Assembly (NCBI RefSeq): GCF_004010195.1
Contig: NC_057753.1
Coordinates: forward strand, 11,060,392-11,106,907
Length of the DNA stretch: 46,516 nt
Source: Chiloscyllium plagiosum
Taxonomy: Eukaryota
Reading direction: 5' to 3'
Under the pieces are notes generated by a model, which saw only the letters and a program-made list of their open reading frames with translations, was not told where the DNA came from and searched no databases. Positions 32,165-44,580 of the stretch are shown here, one piece after another (position 1 is the stretch's first letter; each line of letters opens with the position of its first letter). A program made the translations under genes and the position numbers.

Positions 32165-33062
32165 GATCCCAAAGCCTACGGTTGGTGTGGACTAGTTGGA
32201 GAGCAACGTTCCATGGCGGGGGGGGGGTTGGGTTGGGTTTGGGGGGAATGAGTTCCCTAAGGCCCACAAAGCCGGCTGCCATTAGGTGGAGTAAGGTGCG
32301 CTCTGATTGGAGGGATCACAGATGATGCACGTCACAGAAGGAGGAGACAAAAAATAAGAGAAACAAAGATGGCGGTGTGAGACTGTGATTTTCTAATCGA
32401 CTCAGTGGGCGGTTTCTGACGGAGGGAGGGAGGGAGAGAGAGAGGGGACAGGCAGGCATCGTTTATCTCAGAAAATACCTTTAAAATACATTTCAAACTA
32501 AAGTCAGAATTTTTGAAACTGAAGTTGTGAAGAAAACAGTCCGCGGTGGGGTTTATTGTTTATTTGTGTATAATTCCCGGGGCCCAGGAAGGGGGAGGTG
32601 ACGGTTACCGGGTGACAAGAAAACAAATTTAAAATGCAGCGGGAGGTGGAGGAGCGGTGGCGGTGGGGGATAAAGTCCGGCGGAGCACGGTTTCTGACGG
32701 AGGGAGGGGGGCAGACAGGCACCGTTTATCTCAGAAAATACCTTTAAAATACATTTCAAACTAAAGTCAGAATGTTTGAAACTGAAGTTGTGAAGAAAAC
32801 AGTCCCCAGTGGGGTTTCTTGTTTATTTTTGTACAATTTCTGGGGCCCGGGAAGGTGGAGGTGACGGTTACCTGGTGAACGAGAAAACAAATTTAAAATG
32901 CAGCGGGAGGTGGAGGAGCGGCGGCGGGGGGTAAAGTCCGGCGGAGCACAAGCTGGGGGAGAGGCTGCACTCGGTGCTGTGCTGGACCGTGAGCCTGGAG
33001 CTACCCGCGGCTTCACTCTACCAGGTACCGGGCTGGGCCGAGGGGGAATCCGGGGGATAAGG
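32165..33062 (+). promoter_or_regulatory. Promoter and candidate first exon (copy B) with a tandem duplication (32410-32687 / 32688-32948)
   Basis: ATTGG, AAGATGGCGG (YY1), AAAATGCAGCGG start-like context twice, donor-like CCAG|GTACCG near 33024. Confidence 0.65.
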
Positions 33063-33263
33063 CGGATCGCCATTAGCCTGGAGCCACAATCACTCCCATT
33101 CCTAAAACAAACATAATTTCTATTAAAATCACCATCTTATTCTCCATACACCTTCTATAATCCCATCCTTATCCATACAGGAGGGCAGGCTGCACTATCT
33201 GACTGAACTGATACGGTATTCAGTTGTGCATAATGAATAGATATCTCTTTTTAAAAATAGCAA

Positions 33264-34128
33264 GTTTTCAGATGACACCAAAATTGGAGGTGTAGTGGAC
33301 AGCGAAGAGGGTTACCTCAGATTACAACAGGATCTTGATCAGATGGGCCAATGGGCTGAGAAGTGACAGATGGAGTTTAATTCAGATAAATGCGAGGTGC
33401 TGTATTTTGGGAAAGCAAATCTTAGCTGGACTTATACACTTAATGGTAAGGTCCTAGGGAGTGTTGCTGAGCAAAGAGACCTTGGAGTGCAGGTTTATAG
33501 CTCCTTGACAGTGGAGTCGCAGGTAGATAGGATAGTGAAGAAGGCGTTTGGTATGCTTTCCTGTATTGAATACAGGAGTTGGGAGGTCATGTTGCGGCTG
33601 TACAGGACATTGGTTAGGTCACTGTTGGAATATTGCATGCAATCCTCGTCTCCTTCCTATCGGAAAGATGTTGTGAAATTTGAAACGGTTCAGAAAAGAT
33701 TTGCAAGGAGGTTGCCAGGGTTGGAGGATTTGAGCTATTGGGAGAGGCTGAACAGGCTGGTAGAGGTTTACAAAATTATGAGGGGCATGGATAGAGTAAA
33801 TAGGCAAAGACTCCCTGGGATCAGGGAGTCCAGAACTAGAGGGCATAGGTTTAGGGTGAGAGGGGAAAGATATAAAAGAGAGCTGTGGGGCAACTTTTTC
33901 ACACAGAGGGTGGTACATGTATGGAATGAGCTGCCAGAGGATATGATGGAGGCTGGTACAATTGCAACATTTAAGAGGCATTTGGATGGGTATATGAATA
34001 GGAAGAGTTTGGAGGGATATGGGCCGGGTGCTGGCAGGTGGGACTAGATTGGGTTGGGATATCTGGTCGGGATGGACAGGTTGGACCAAAGGGTCTGTTT
34101 CCGTGCTGTACATCTCTTTGACTCTATA
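33264..34128 (+). mobile_element. 5'-truncated CR1 LINE
   Basis: ORF 33370..34047 is the RT C-terminus with internal deletions; typical tail. Confidence 0.95.
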
Positions 34129-34399
34129 CTCAATGTTATTTACTACATATTAAACATAAAATATTGCAATACTTCAACATGCACTGTAGAAGGTCACAGG
34201 CAATATTGCATGCCAGAGCCTGTGTAAACCTCTATGTGGTTATGTTTTATAAATGTGATTTGAGGTAATCACACGTAAAATGTGGTCTCATGCAATCATT
34301 GGGTAGGGTTTTTTTTTAATGTGTGTCTGTGTATATAGGTATGTTATTTGGATCATGGGGTTTTGTCTAGCCCAGTGATGGTTTGGCTATCGAGAAAGG

Positions 34400-35068
34400 G
34401 GAGTCAGGTACTAATTAATCTTTCTGCCAAATCCAGCACCTTGACCAAGAGCTTCACTTCTTTGCGATTGTCATCTTCCAAAGAATCAACCTACCCAGCA
34501 TTTATGCAGACCTATGCATATGTATGATTGTACCTGAATGCTGGAAATCTCGGTCATATTTCCGGTTCTCCATGCATGGCAAATTGGACGTGTTTGATTT
34601 TGTTTTCTTGCAAGTGTTGTGAAACCTAGTCTGATCATGTAAAAGTCGACCCTAGTTCTTCATAGATAACAGATCAATGTTTGAGGGTCAGATTGCTGGC
34701 CGTCATCTCCCGCTCCAGCTTTGCAGTCTGCCAGTTGTTCAGCTCTACAACTGTCTTCCAGTTCGCTGGCTGTTAGTTCCACTCTGGTTCTTCAGAATTA
34801 CCATAATTGTTTTCTTATTTCTTTAGTTGGACTTCTGCTCATGACAGGGTATGAATTTTGACAGGCATGAATTTCAGCCCCTCAAAAGTAGTATCCATGT
34901 AATAGTCGACCCCCTAAATTTAACTTTAAAGTAGCTTTAAAAAATTGATTATTACTCATGTATATATGGGATAAATTAATTGTTAATTGCTTCTTTGCTT
35001 TACGTTATTTTGGCTTACGAAAGGTTTCATAGGAACGCTTTACTTACGGATAGTGGGGGAAACCTGTA
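34400..35068. mobile_element. Tigger/pogo-like DNA transposon (MITE) remnants
   Basis: Repeated agtcgaccc motifs, an end resembling the CCGTATATACTCG TIR (attactcatgtatatatgg, about 34969) and a second TIR-like end ggatagtgggggaaacctgTA (35068). Left ends not identified. Confidence 0.45.
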
Positions 35069-35105
35069 TCAATACAATACAGCAAAGTCACAGGCTCTTC
35101 TTACT

Positions 35106-35417
35106 TGATTAGATTAGATTACTTACAGTGTGGAAACAGGCCCTTCAGCCCAACAAGTCCACACCGCCCCGCCGAAGCACAACCCACCCATACCCCTACA
35201 TCTACCCCTTATCTAACACTACAGGCAATTTAGCATGGCCAATTCACCTGACCTGCACATCTTTGGACTGTGGGAGGAAACCGGAGCACCCGGAGGAAAC
35301 CCACACAGACACGGGGAGAATGTGCAAACTCCACACAGTCGCCTGAGGCGGGAATTGAACCCGGGTCTCTGGCGCTGTGAGGCAGCAGTGCTAACCACTG
35401 TGCCACCGTGCCGCCCA
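35106..35417 (-). mobile_element. Full-length young HE1-type SINE
   Basis: Reverse complement is nearly identical to 17147-17457. Confidence 0.95.
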
Positions 35418-35419
35418 TT

Positions 35420-36205
35420 TGGTTTAGGTACCCCCACCTCCGAGCCTGTGCCGATTCTTAATCCTTACTTAGACCTGCTATGTATTGCCCATGCATGGTT
35501 TCTATCCCTCTGTTCGCCTCCCATTTGTGTATCAATCAAGATACGCCTTAAACATTGCTAAGGTGCCTACTTCCACTACCTCCACTGGCAGTGCATACCA
35601 GGTATCCACCTTCCCTTCCACTTCTCCCCTAGACTGACTCCTCTCACCTTGAACCTGTGTCCTTTTGTAGATGACCATTCCATCCTGGGGAAATGAAAAG
35701 GCCTCGGACGATCATAGAATCCCAACAGTGTGGAAAAGACCATTCAGCATAACAAGTGCGCACAAGGATGTATGGAAGGCGCTAGCTATGAAGAGAGGTT
35801 GAGTAGGTTAGGTTTGTTTTCATTAGAAAAAAGATTGAGGGGGGATCCTGACTGAGGTTACCAAATCATGAAGGGTTTAGACAGGGTGGATAGAGACAAG
35901 CTTTTTCCCAAGGTGAAGGATTCAATAACGAGAGGTCATGCTTTCAAGGTGAGAGGTGGAAAGTTTAAGGGGATACACGCAGCAAGTACTTCACACAGAG
36001 GGTAGTGGGCATTTGGAACGCGTTGCCAGTAGAGGTGGTAGAGGCAGGCACGGTAGATTCATTTAAGATGCGTCTGGACAGATGCATGAGTCGGTGGGAG
36101 CAGAGGGATACAGATGTTTAGGAATTGGGCGACAGGTTTAGACAGTACATTTGGATCGGCTCAGGCTTGGAGGGCCGAAGGGCCTGTTAAATTTCTTTAT
36201 TCTTA
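35420..36205. mobile_element. CR1 3' fragments (about 35420-35700 minus; 35764-36205 plus) with a SINE tail between them
   Basis: ttcacacagagggtagtgggcatttggaacgcgttgcc and the tail gagggccgaagggcctgtt. Confidence 0.85.
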
Positions 36206-36475
36206 CTTCAGGGGTTTTAGTTTTGATTGCTACATGCAATAAAGTGTAAATCATTGTTTCAGCAATTGAGTCTGTGTGTGGTTTCTGAGACAGTAGCCAA
36301 ATTAAGCAGATTCACCCACAGCCAGAGTGAGAGGCTGGGATTAATATTGTCTCCATTATATTCAGCAAGATGTCATGTCAATATTGTTATTAAGCAACGG
36401 CTGCACTCTATCCCCACCGAGATCTCAAAGTGAAACACCCAAAGAGGAGCGGGTTGCTCTATAATCTGTAAAATT

Positions 36476-36975
36476 NNNNNNNNNNNNNNNNNNNNNNNNN
36501 NNNNNNNNNNNNNNNNNNNNNNNNNNNNNNNNNNNNNNNNNNNNNNNNNNNNNNNNNNNNNNNNNNNNNNNNNNNNNNNNNNNNNNNNNNNNNNNNNNNN
36601 NNNNNNNNNNNNNNNNNNNNNNNNNNNNNNNNNNNNNNNNNNNNNNNNNNNNNNNNNNNNNNNNNNNNNNNNNNNNNNNNNNNNNNNNNNNNNNNNNNNN
36701 NNNNNNNNNNNNNNNNNNNNNNNNNNNNNNNNNNNNNNNNNNNNNNNNNNNNNNNNNNNNNNNNNNNNNNNNNNNNNNNNNNNNNNNNNNNNNNNNNNNN
36801 NNNNNNNNNNNNNNNNNNNNNNNNNNNNNNNNNNNNNNNNNNNNNNNNNNNNNNNNNNNNNNNNNNNNNNNNNNNNNNNNNNNNNNNNNNNNNNNNNNNN
36901 NNNNNNNNNNNNNNNNNNNNNNNNNNNNNNNNNNNNNNNNNNNNNNNNNNNNNNNNNNNNNNNNNNNNNNNNNNN
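36476..36975. other. Assembly gap (500 N)
   Basis: Run of N. Confidence 1.
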
Positions 36976-37640
36976 GTGGACCCACACACCAGAGACCATT
37001 TACCTCCCCAGATCGTGGCAAGGGATTCACTCAGTCATCTGGTCTGCTGACACACCGGCAAATTCACACGCCAGAGAGGCCATTCACCTGCTGTAAGTGT
37101 GGGAAAGGATTCACTGATTCATCCAACCTCTGCACTCATCAGCAAGTTCCCAGTGACGAGAGACCATTCAGATGCTCCCACTGTGGGTCTCGCTTCAAAT
37201 GTTTATTTGAACTCACCAGCCACCAGCAGACTCACACTAGGGAGAGACCATTCACCTGACCTTAGTGTGGGAAGCAGTTCACCCAGTTATCCAGCCCTCT
37301 GAGACACCAAGGATCACACCTAGGCAAACAGATTTTACTTGCTCTGAGAGTGTTATCCAGGCTGCTGAACCTGCAGGGAGTTCCTACTGACAAGCGATTA
37401 TTTAAATGCTCAGACTGTGGAAAGTGTCAAAGATTCCAGGGCATTGATGTCCCATCAATGTGTTCACACTTATGAGAGACTGTTAAGGTGCTCTTACTGC
37501 AGGACTGTAGTCACACGATCATTTCAATACATTAAACATCAGCAAATACACATTGGGGAGAGGCCATTTAACTAAATAGGTCTCAGGGAAGGGATTCATT
37601 CTGTTATCCAACATGCTGAACCGTCAGTGATTTCATCAGT
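36976..37640 (+). pseudogene. C2H2 ZNF pseudogene (5' part lies in the gap)
   Basis: [58 protein letters not shown]..., with frameshifts and stops. Confidence 0.88.
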
Positions 37641-37710
37641 AATGGCAGTGTTTGGATTTTGCTGTTAATCTCATACAAGGTGGAGCCTTGTTCACGACGC
37701 CTGCGTTGAT

Positions 37711-37828
37711 GGGCTAATGCCCGAAACGTCGATTCTTCTGTTCCCTAGATGCTGCCTGACCTGCTGCGCTTCTCCAGCAACACATTTCCATCTCTGATCT
37801 CCAGCATCTGCAGACCTCATTTTCTCTT
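37711..37828 (+). mobile_element. Penelope-pLTR-derived 118-bp insertion
   Basis: gggctaatgcccGAAACGTCgattcttctgttccctagatgctgcctgacctgctgcg...ccagcatctgcagacctc; possible TSD cgtt(g/a)atg. Confidence 0.85.
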
Positions 37829-38479
37829 CGTTAATGAACTCCAGCCCAGTTATAGTCGTTAATCACTGAAATCAGGCACCTTTGGTATTTCAGCAAACAG
37901 TCGTATGTTGCGGATATTTTCTCTTACACTCATCGGGAGAATTGTAAGAATATAAACTTAACTACAGAACCAATGTTTACACTGTATGAGAAATGAGCAA
38001 GAGTACTCTAGTGGAGGCATTGCGATGAAGGATGCATAAGCTAACAATGATTGACATTTAACTGCCAGGGGTTGAAATGGGTGGAGTGCATATACATGCC
38101 CTCTCTGTCCATGATGAACAGAATTAGTGATGTATATGTGGGCACAAATTCAGGTTGACCTATTTGATCGTGCTAATGTTTTAACGCATCTGCATACATA
38201 CAGACTGCCCTAGACACAACTAAAGCAGTCTCCCTTTTATGTTCTATTTCATTTTTGACCAGTTCTATATCACATAAAGGCGCCAAGTGGTTGCATGAAT
38301 TGCTGCAATCAGTTGTCAACAATTTTTCCATTTCCACAGGGAAAATTTCTTCCCCTTTTGCAAAGCCCATATGTGATGTCAGTATATCCAGTAATGTAAT
38401 GATCATGTGCTGAGTTGACATTGTGAGGCTATTCACCAATGAGCCATCGGCATCTGCACTGCAGCACCAGATTGAGGTG

Positions 38480-39520
38480 ATCTCGACACAGCAGCACCGT
38501 GAGAATCAGAAGTCATTGAATTTACAAGCTCGCAAATTGGCAGGACCAATTCTGGATTTACCCTGTCCAACCTCTAAGAACCTGAAATTTTCAACATGGT
38601 CTTCTGTCATTCTTCTAAACTCCAATGGGTACAGGCTCAGCCTGCTCCATCTCCTCTCCAGAGGATATCCTCCCATTCCAGGATCAATCGCCTGAACATT
38701 ATAGGAACGGTCTTTCCTAAAATAAGGAGACTAAAGCTGTTCACAGTATTCCAAGTGTGATCTTGCTAGTACCTTATACAGTTTTAGCAACACATTCCTA
38801 TTTTTTCCCTCATTCTCTTTAAATAAAGGCCAAAAGATCTCCCTGATTACCTGCTGAGCTTGGGTGCGAGATCTTTGTCTTTCAAGCACAAAGACCCACA
38901 ATGTTGTCTGTTCTGCAGCTTCAGTGTTTTTCTTCATTTAAATAATAGTTACCACCCCTAATCTTACGGTTAAGTGCATAATACTCAATTTTTTTCCACA
39001 TTATAATCCAAAAGCTGAGTTTTTGTCCACTTGCTTACCCAGTCTCTATCCCTCTGTTGGTCTCATTGTGCCATCCTCACTACTTGCCTCCATCTACTGT
39101 GTGTCATCTGCAAATTTGGCAACAGTATATTCACTTCTGTCATCTAAGTCGTTCATATAGATTGTAGATAACTTGGCCCCAGTATTGACACCTATGGGAC
39201 TCCACAAGTTACAATGTGCCATCATGAAAATGCCCTTTTTATCTCAACTCTTGCCGTCAACTCATTACCTAATCCTTGATCAACGTTAATATGTACCCCT
39301 AATAGTGTGGGTTCATGGGTTCTTAACTTCTGAAGTAGTCTTGTTATACAATACCTTACTAATTACTTTTTGGAAAACCAGATATTACATCTTCTGGCTC
39401 CCCTTTTATCTGTCTTGCTTGTTACCTCAAAATATTTTAATAAACTTGTCAGCTATGATTTCCTCTTCACAAAACCACAGTGATTGCTTGATTGCATAAT
39501 GTATTTGTAAATGCTCTCTT
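38480..39520 (-). mobile_element. Old degraded CR1 ORF2 fragment
   Basis: LLKLYKVLARSHLEYCEQL; ccaaatttgcagatgacaca (KFADDT) on the minus strand. Confidence 0.8.
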
Positions 39521-39569
39521 TCAACAGGGAAATATTGAGGAAAGAGATCAATCTGAGACTGGTACAGTT

Positions 39570-42058
39570 GAGAAAAGAAGCGAGTCAAACAGTCAGGGCA
39601 GGCAAGGACAAAGCAGAGAACCAGGTAGGACTGATGCATTAAATAAATGCAGCTGAATGTAAGAGGACTAACAGGGAAGGCAGATGTCTCAGGACATGGT
39701 TAGTAACATGGGACTGGGATATCATAGCAATTACAAAAACATGGCTCAAGGATGGACAGGACTGGCAACTTAATGTTCCAGGAGACAAATGCTACAGGAA
39801 GGACAGAAAGGGAGGCAAGAGAAGGGGGGGGGGGGGGGGAAAGAGGGGGATGTGGCATTTTTGATAAGGGATAGTATTACAGCTGTAATTAGAGACAATA
39901 GTCCTGGAAATACATTCAGGGAGGTTACTTGAGTGGAACTGAGAAATAACAAAGTGATGATCACCTTATTGGGATTGTATTATAGACCCCCTAATAGTCA
40001 GAGGGAAATTGAGAAACAAATTTGTAAGGAAATCTCCGTTATCTGTAAGAATAATATGGTTATTATGGTAGGGGATTTTACCTTTCCAAACATAGACTGG
40101 GACTGCCATTGTGTTAAGGGTTTAGATAGAGAGGAATTTGTTAAGTGTGTACAAGAACATTTTCTGATTCAGTATGTGGATATACCTACTAGAAAAGGTG
40201 CAAAACTTGAACTACTTTTGGGAAATAAGGCAAGGCAGGTGACTGAGGTGTCAGTGGGGGAGCACTTTGGGGCCAGCAACCATAATTCTATCAGTTTTAA
40301 AATGGTGATGGAAAAGGACAGACCAGATCTAAACGTTGAAGTTTGAAATTGGAGGAAGGCTAATTTTGACAGTATTAGGCAAGAACTATGAAAAGAGAGA
40401 TTGGGGCAAATGTTCGCATGTAAAGGGACGGCTGGAAAATGGGAAGTCTTCAGAAATGAGATAACGAGAGTCTAGAGACAGTATATTACTGTTCGCATGA
40501 AAGTAAAGGCTGGTAGGTGCAGGGAAGACTGGATGACAAGAGAAATTGAGGGTTTGGTTCAGAAAAAAAAGGAAGCATATGTCAGGTATAGACAGGTGAG
40601 ATCGAATGAATCCTTAGAAGAGTATAAAGGCAGTAGGAGTATACTTAAGAGGGAAATCAGGGGTGCAAATAGGGTTAAGCAGAATCCAAAGGGTTTTTAC
40701 AAATATATTAAGGACAAAAGGCAACTATGGAGAAAACAGGGTCCTTCAAAAATCAGCAAGGCAGCCTTTGCGTGGAGCCGCAGGAAATACTAAATGAGTA
40801 TTTTGCATCAGTGTTTACTGTGGAGAATGACATAGAAGATATAGAACATAGGGAAATAGATGGTGACATTTTCAAAAATGTCCATACAACAGAGGAGGAA
40901 GTGCTGAATCTCTTGAAATGCAGAAAGGTGGATAAATCCTCAGGATCTGATCAGGTGTACCCTTGAACTCTGTGGGAAGCTAGGGAAGTGATTGCTGGGC
41001 CTCTTGCTGAGATACTTGTATCATTGATAGTCATAGATGAGGTGCCGGAAGACTGGAGGTTGGCTAATGTGGTGCCACTATTTAAGAAAGGTGGTAAGGA
41101 CAAGCCAGGGAACTAGAGACCAGGGAGTCTGACATTGGTGGCGGGCAAGTAGTTGGATGGAATCCTGAGGGACAGGATTTACACTTTTTTTGTGAGGGTA
41201 AGGACTGATTGGAGATAGTCAGCTTTGTGCATAGGAAGTCATGTCTCATGAACTTGATTGAGTTTTTTGAAGAAGTAACAAAGAGGGCACAGCGGTGGAT
41301 ATGGACTTCAGTAAAGTGTTCTACAAGTTTCCCCATGGGAAGACAGGTTAGCAAGGTTAGATCTCATGGAATACAGGGAGAACTAGCCATTTGGATACAC
41401 AACTGGCTCGAAGGTTGAAGACAGAGGATGCTGGTGGAGGGTTTTTTTTCAAACTGGTGGACTGTGATCAGTGGAATGCCACAAGGATCGGTGCTGGGTC
41501 CACTACTTTTCATCATTTCCATAAATGATTTGGATGTGAACATAGGAGGTTTAGTTAGTAAGTTTGCAGATGACACCAAAATCGGAGGTGTAGTGGACAG
41601 TGAATATGTTTACCTCAGATTACAACAAGATCTTGATCAGTTGGGCCAATAGGCTGAGGAGTGGCAGACAGAGTTTAATTTAGATGAATGCCAGATGCTG
41701 CATTTTGGGAAAGCAAATCGCAGCAGGATTTATACACTTAATGGTAAGGTCCTAGGGAGCACTGTTAAACAAAGAGACCTTGGAGTGTAGTTTCATAGCT
41801 CCTTGAAATGTAGAGTCATAGGTAAATAGGATAGGGAAAAAGGCGTTTGGTATGCTTTCCTTTATTGGTCAGAGTATTGAGTACAGGAGTTATGAGGTCA
41901 TGTTACAGCTGGACATGACATTGGTTAGGCCACTGTTGGAATATTGCGTGCAATTCTGGCCTCCTTCCTATCGAAAGGATGTTGTGAAACTTGAAATGGT
42001 TCAGAAAAAATTAACAAGGATTTTGCCAATGTTGGAGGATTTGTGCTTTCGGGAGAGG
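39570..42058 (+). mobile_element. CR1 LINE ORF2 (APE and RT), degraded
   Basis: [67 protein letters not shown]. Confidence 0.95.
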
Positions 42059-42881
42059 TATAAGTTTCTAGTTCTTTTTTCAATAGTCTCTTTGGGAATT
42101 CAGAACAATGGGAATGAACGTTAAGGTTGTTGCATGCTCCTCCTGTAGAATGTGAGAATTAAGTGTCACCACTAGTATGACACTGACTTCATCTGCGGGA
42201 AGTGCACCCAACTCTAGATTCTCAGAAACCATGTGCGGAAACTGGAGCTGAATGAACTTCGGATCATTCGAGAGGCTGAGGGGGTAATTGAGAGGAGGTA
42301 GCACACCTTAGGTACAGGAAAAAGGTAGATGGATTACAGTCAGGATACGGAAAGGGAACAGGCAAGGATCCCCTAGATTTTGGATACTGTTGAAGAGGGA
42401 CAACCTACCAGGGAAAAGCCAAAGTGGCCAGGACTGTGACACTGAGCCTGGTTCTGTGGCTCTGAAGGGAAGCGGGGAAGAATAGAAAAGTGCTAATGGA
42501 GACTCAATAATTAGATCAACTGAAGGGAGATTCTGTGGTCGCAGATGGCACTCCCGGAAGGTATGTTGCCTCCTAGGTGCCAGGGTCCGGGATGTCTCTG
42601 ATCCAGTCTACAAGATTCTGAAGGGGAGAGGGTGGACAGCCAGAAGTCGTGGTGCACATTGGTATCTATGACATAGCTAGGAAAAGGGATGCAATTCTAA
42701 AAAGTGATTTCAGGGAGTTAAAGTTGGAAGCTAAAATGCAGGACACGCAGAGTACTACTGATTACTACTGGTGTCGCATGCAAATGAGGTGAGGAACAGG
42801 GAGCAAGTGCAGCTAAACACATGGTTACAGGACTGGTGCAGGAGGGAGGGCTTCAGATAGGCAAATCATTAGGGTACCTTC

Positions 42882-44165
42882 TGAGTAAGGTAGGACCTGT
42901 CCATGAAGGATGGGTTGCACTTAAACTGGAGGGGCACCAATGTCCTGGGTGGGAGTTTTGCTAGAGCACTTCAGGAGGGTTTGAACTAGTTTGGCAGGGG
43001 AATGGGAACCAGAGCAACAGATCAAATGAGAGTGTAGTTGTTGAACAGGCAGAAATAGAATGCAGAGAGTCTGTCAGGAAGGATACACAGTTGATAGGGC
43101 AAAGGGATGGCTCAATGTGAGTCAGTTTCAATGCAAGGAGTGTCAGGAATAAGAGTAATGAACTTCGAGCATGGAGGATCAGTACGTGGAACTATGACGT
43201 CGTGGCCATAACAAAGAGTGCATCACTGCTGCAGAAAAGAAGGTTGATGAGGAGAGTTCGTCTACTCAATCAGTATGGGTGGAAGTCATGAACAGGAAGG
43301 GAGCAGTCATTTGAGAGGGAGCGGGGAAGGAGAGCTCCCCCTCAATCTTGGAAAGGTGTAGATGTAACAGAATTGTTGTTATGGGTGACTTCAACTTCCT
43401 CAATATTGATTGGAACCTCTTTAGTGCAGGATGGATGGAGCCGATTTTGTCAGGTGTGTCCAGGAAGGATTCCTGACCCAATATGTAGATAGGCTGAGTG
43501 GGGGGAGGCCATATTGGATTTTGAGTAAGGTAGGACCTGTCCATGAAGGATGGGTTGCACTTAAACTGGAGGGGCACCAATGTCCTGGGTGGGAGTTTTG
43601 CTAGAGCACTTCAGGAGGGTTTGAACTAGTTTGGCAGGGGAATGGGAACCAGAGCAACAGATCAAATGAGAGTGTAGTTGTTGAACAGGCAGAAATAGAA
43701 TGCAGAGAGTCTGTCAGGAAGGATACACAGTTGATAGGGCAAAGGGATGGCTCAATGTGAGTCAGTTTCAATGCAAGGAGTGTCAGGAATAAGAGTAATG
43801 AACTTCGAGCATGGAGGATCAGTACGTGGAACTATGACGTCGTGGCCATAACAAAGAGTGCATCACTGCTGCAGAAAAGAAGGTTGATGAGGAGAGTTTG
43901 TCTACTCAATCAGTATGGGTGGAAGTCAGGAACAGGAAGGGAGCAGTCATTTGAGAGGGAGCGGGGAAGGAGAGCTCCCCCTCGATCTTGGAAAGGTGTA
44001 GATGTAACAGAATTGTTGTTATGGGTGACTTCAACTTCCTCAATATTGATTAGAACCTCTTTAGTGCAGATGGTCTGGATGGAGCCGATTTTGTCAGGTG
44101 TGTCCAGGAAGGATTCCTGACCCAATATGTAGATAGGCTGAGTGGGGGGATGCCATATTGGATTT
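42882..44165. repeat. 640-bp tandem duplication (42882-43521 / 43522-44165)
   Basis: Both units start tgagtaaggtaggacctgtcc. They differ by a few substitutions and small indels. Confidence 0.95.
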
Positions 44166-44580
44166 GGTGCTAGGCAACGAGTCAGGCCAGGTGTCAGATA
44201 TCTCAGTGGGACAGCATTTCAGCAGCAGTGACAGCTTTACCAGAGCCATGGAGAGGGACAGGAGCAGACAGTATGGGAAGGTATTTCATTGGGGGAAGGG
44301 AAATTATACTGCTATTAGACAGGAGCTGTGGAATATAAATTGGGAACACTGACCCAATATGTAGATAGGCTGAGTGGGGGGATGCCATATTGGATTTGGT
44401 GCTAGGCAACGAGTCAGGCCAGGTGTCAGATATCTCAGTGGGACAGCATTTCAGCAGCAGTGACAGCTTTACCAGAGCCATGGAGAGGGACAGGAGCAGA
44501 CAGTATGGGAAGGTATTTCATTGGGGGAAGGGAAATTATACTGCTATTAGACAGGAGCTGTGGAATATAAATTGGGAACA
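44117..44580. repeat. 232-bp tandem duplication (44117-44348 / 44349-44580)
   Basis: Units look identical. The ORFs at 44158 and 44390 are offset by 232. Confidence 0.95.

Larger units (their letters stand above)
28328..33062 (-). repeat. Inverted segmental duplicate (copy B) of about 13335-19262: promoter, ERV LTR (30901-31355), PBS and leader
   Basis: Reverse-complement colinearity over many blocks, e.g. 32275-32690 vs 13440-13830, 30480-31355 vs 15060-16060, 29530-30240 vs 16175-17020, 28328-28398 vs 19195-19262. Confidence 0.92.

Noticed and set aside
33370..34047. 225-aa ORF as a functional protein
   Set aside because: Truncated CR1 ORF2 with internal deletions and no catalytic core.
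36373..37030. Long ORFs spanning 36.4-37.0 kb and 20.3-21.2 kb
   Set aside because: Their length comes from runs of N.
38173..38439. 88-aa minus-strand ORF in unassigned sequence
   Set aside because: Non-ATG start, no recognisable motif or splice support. It could be an old repeat and I cannot assign it.
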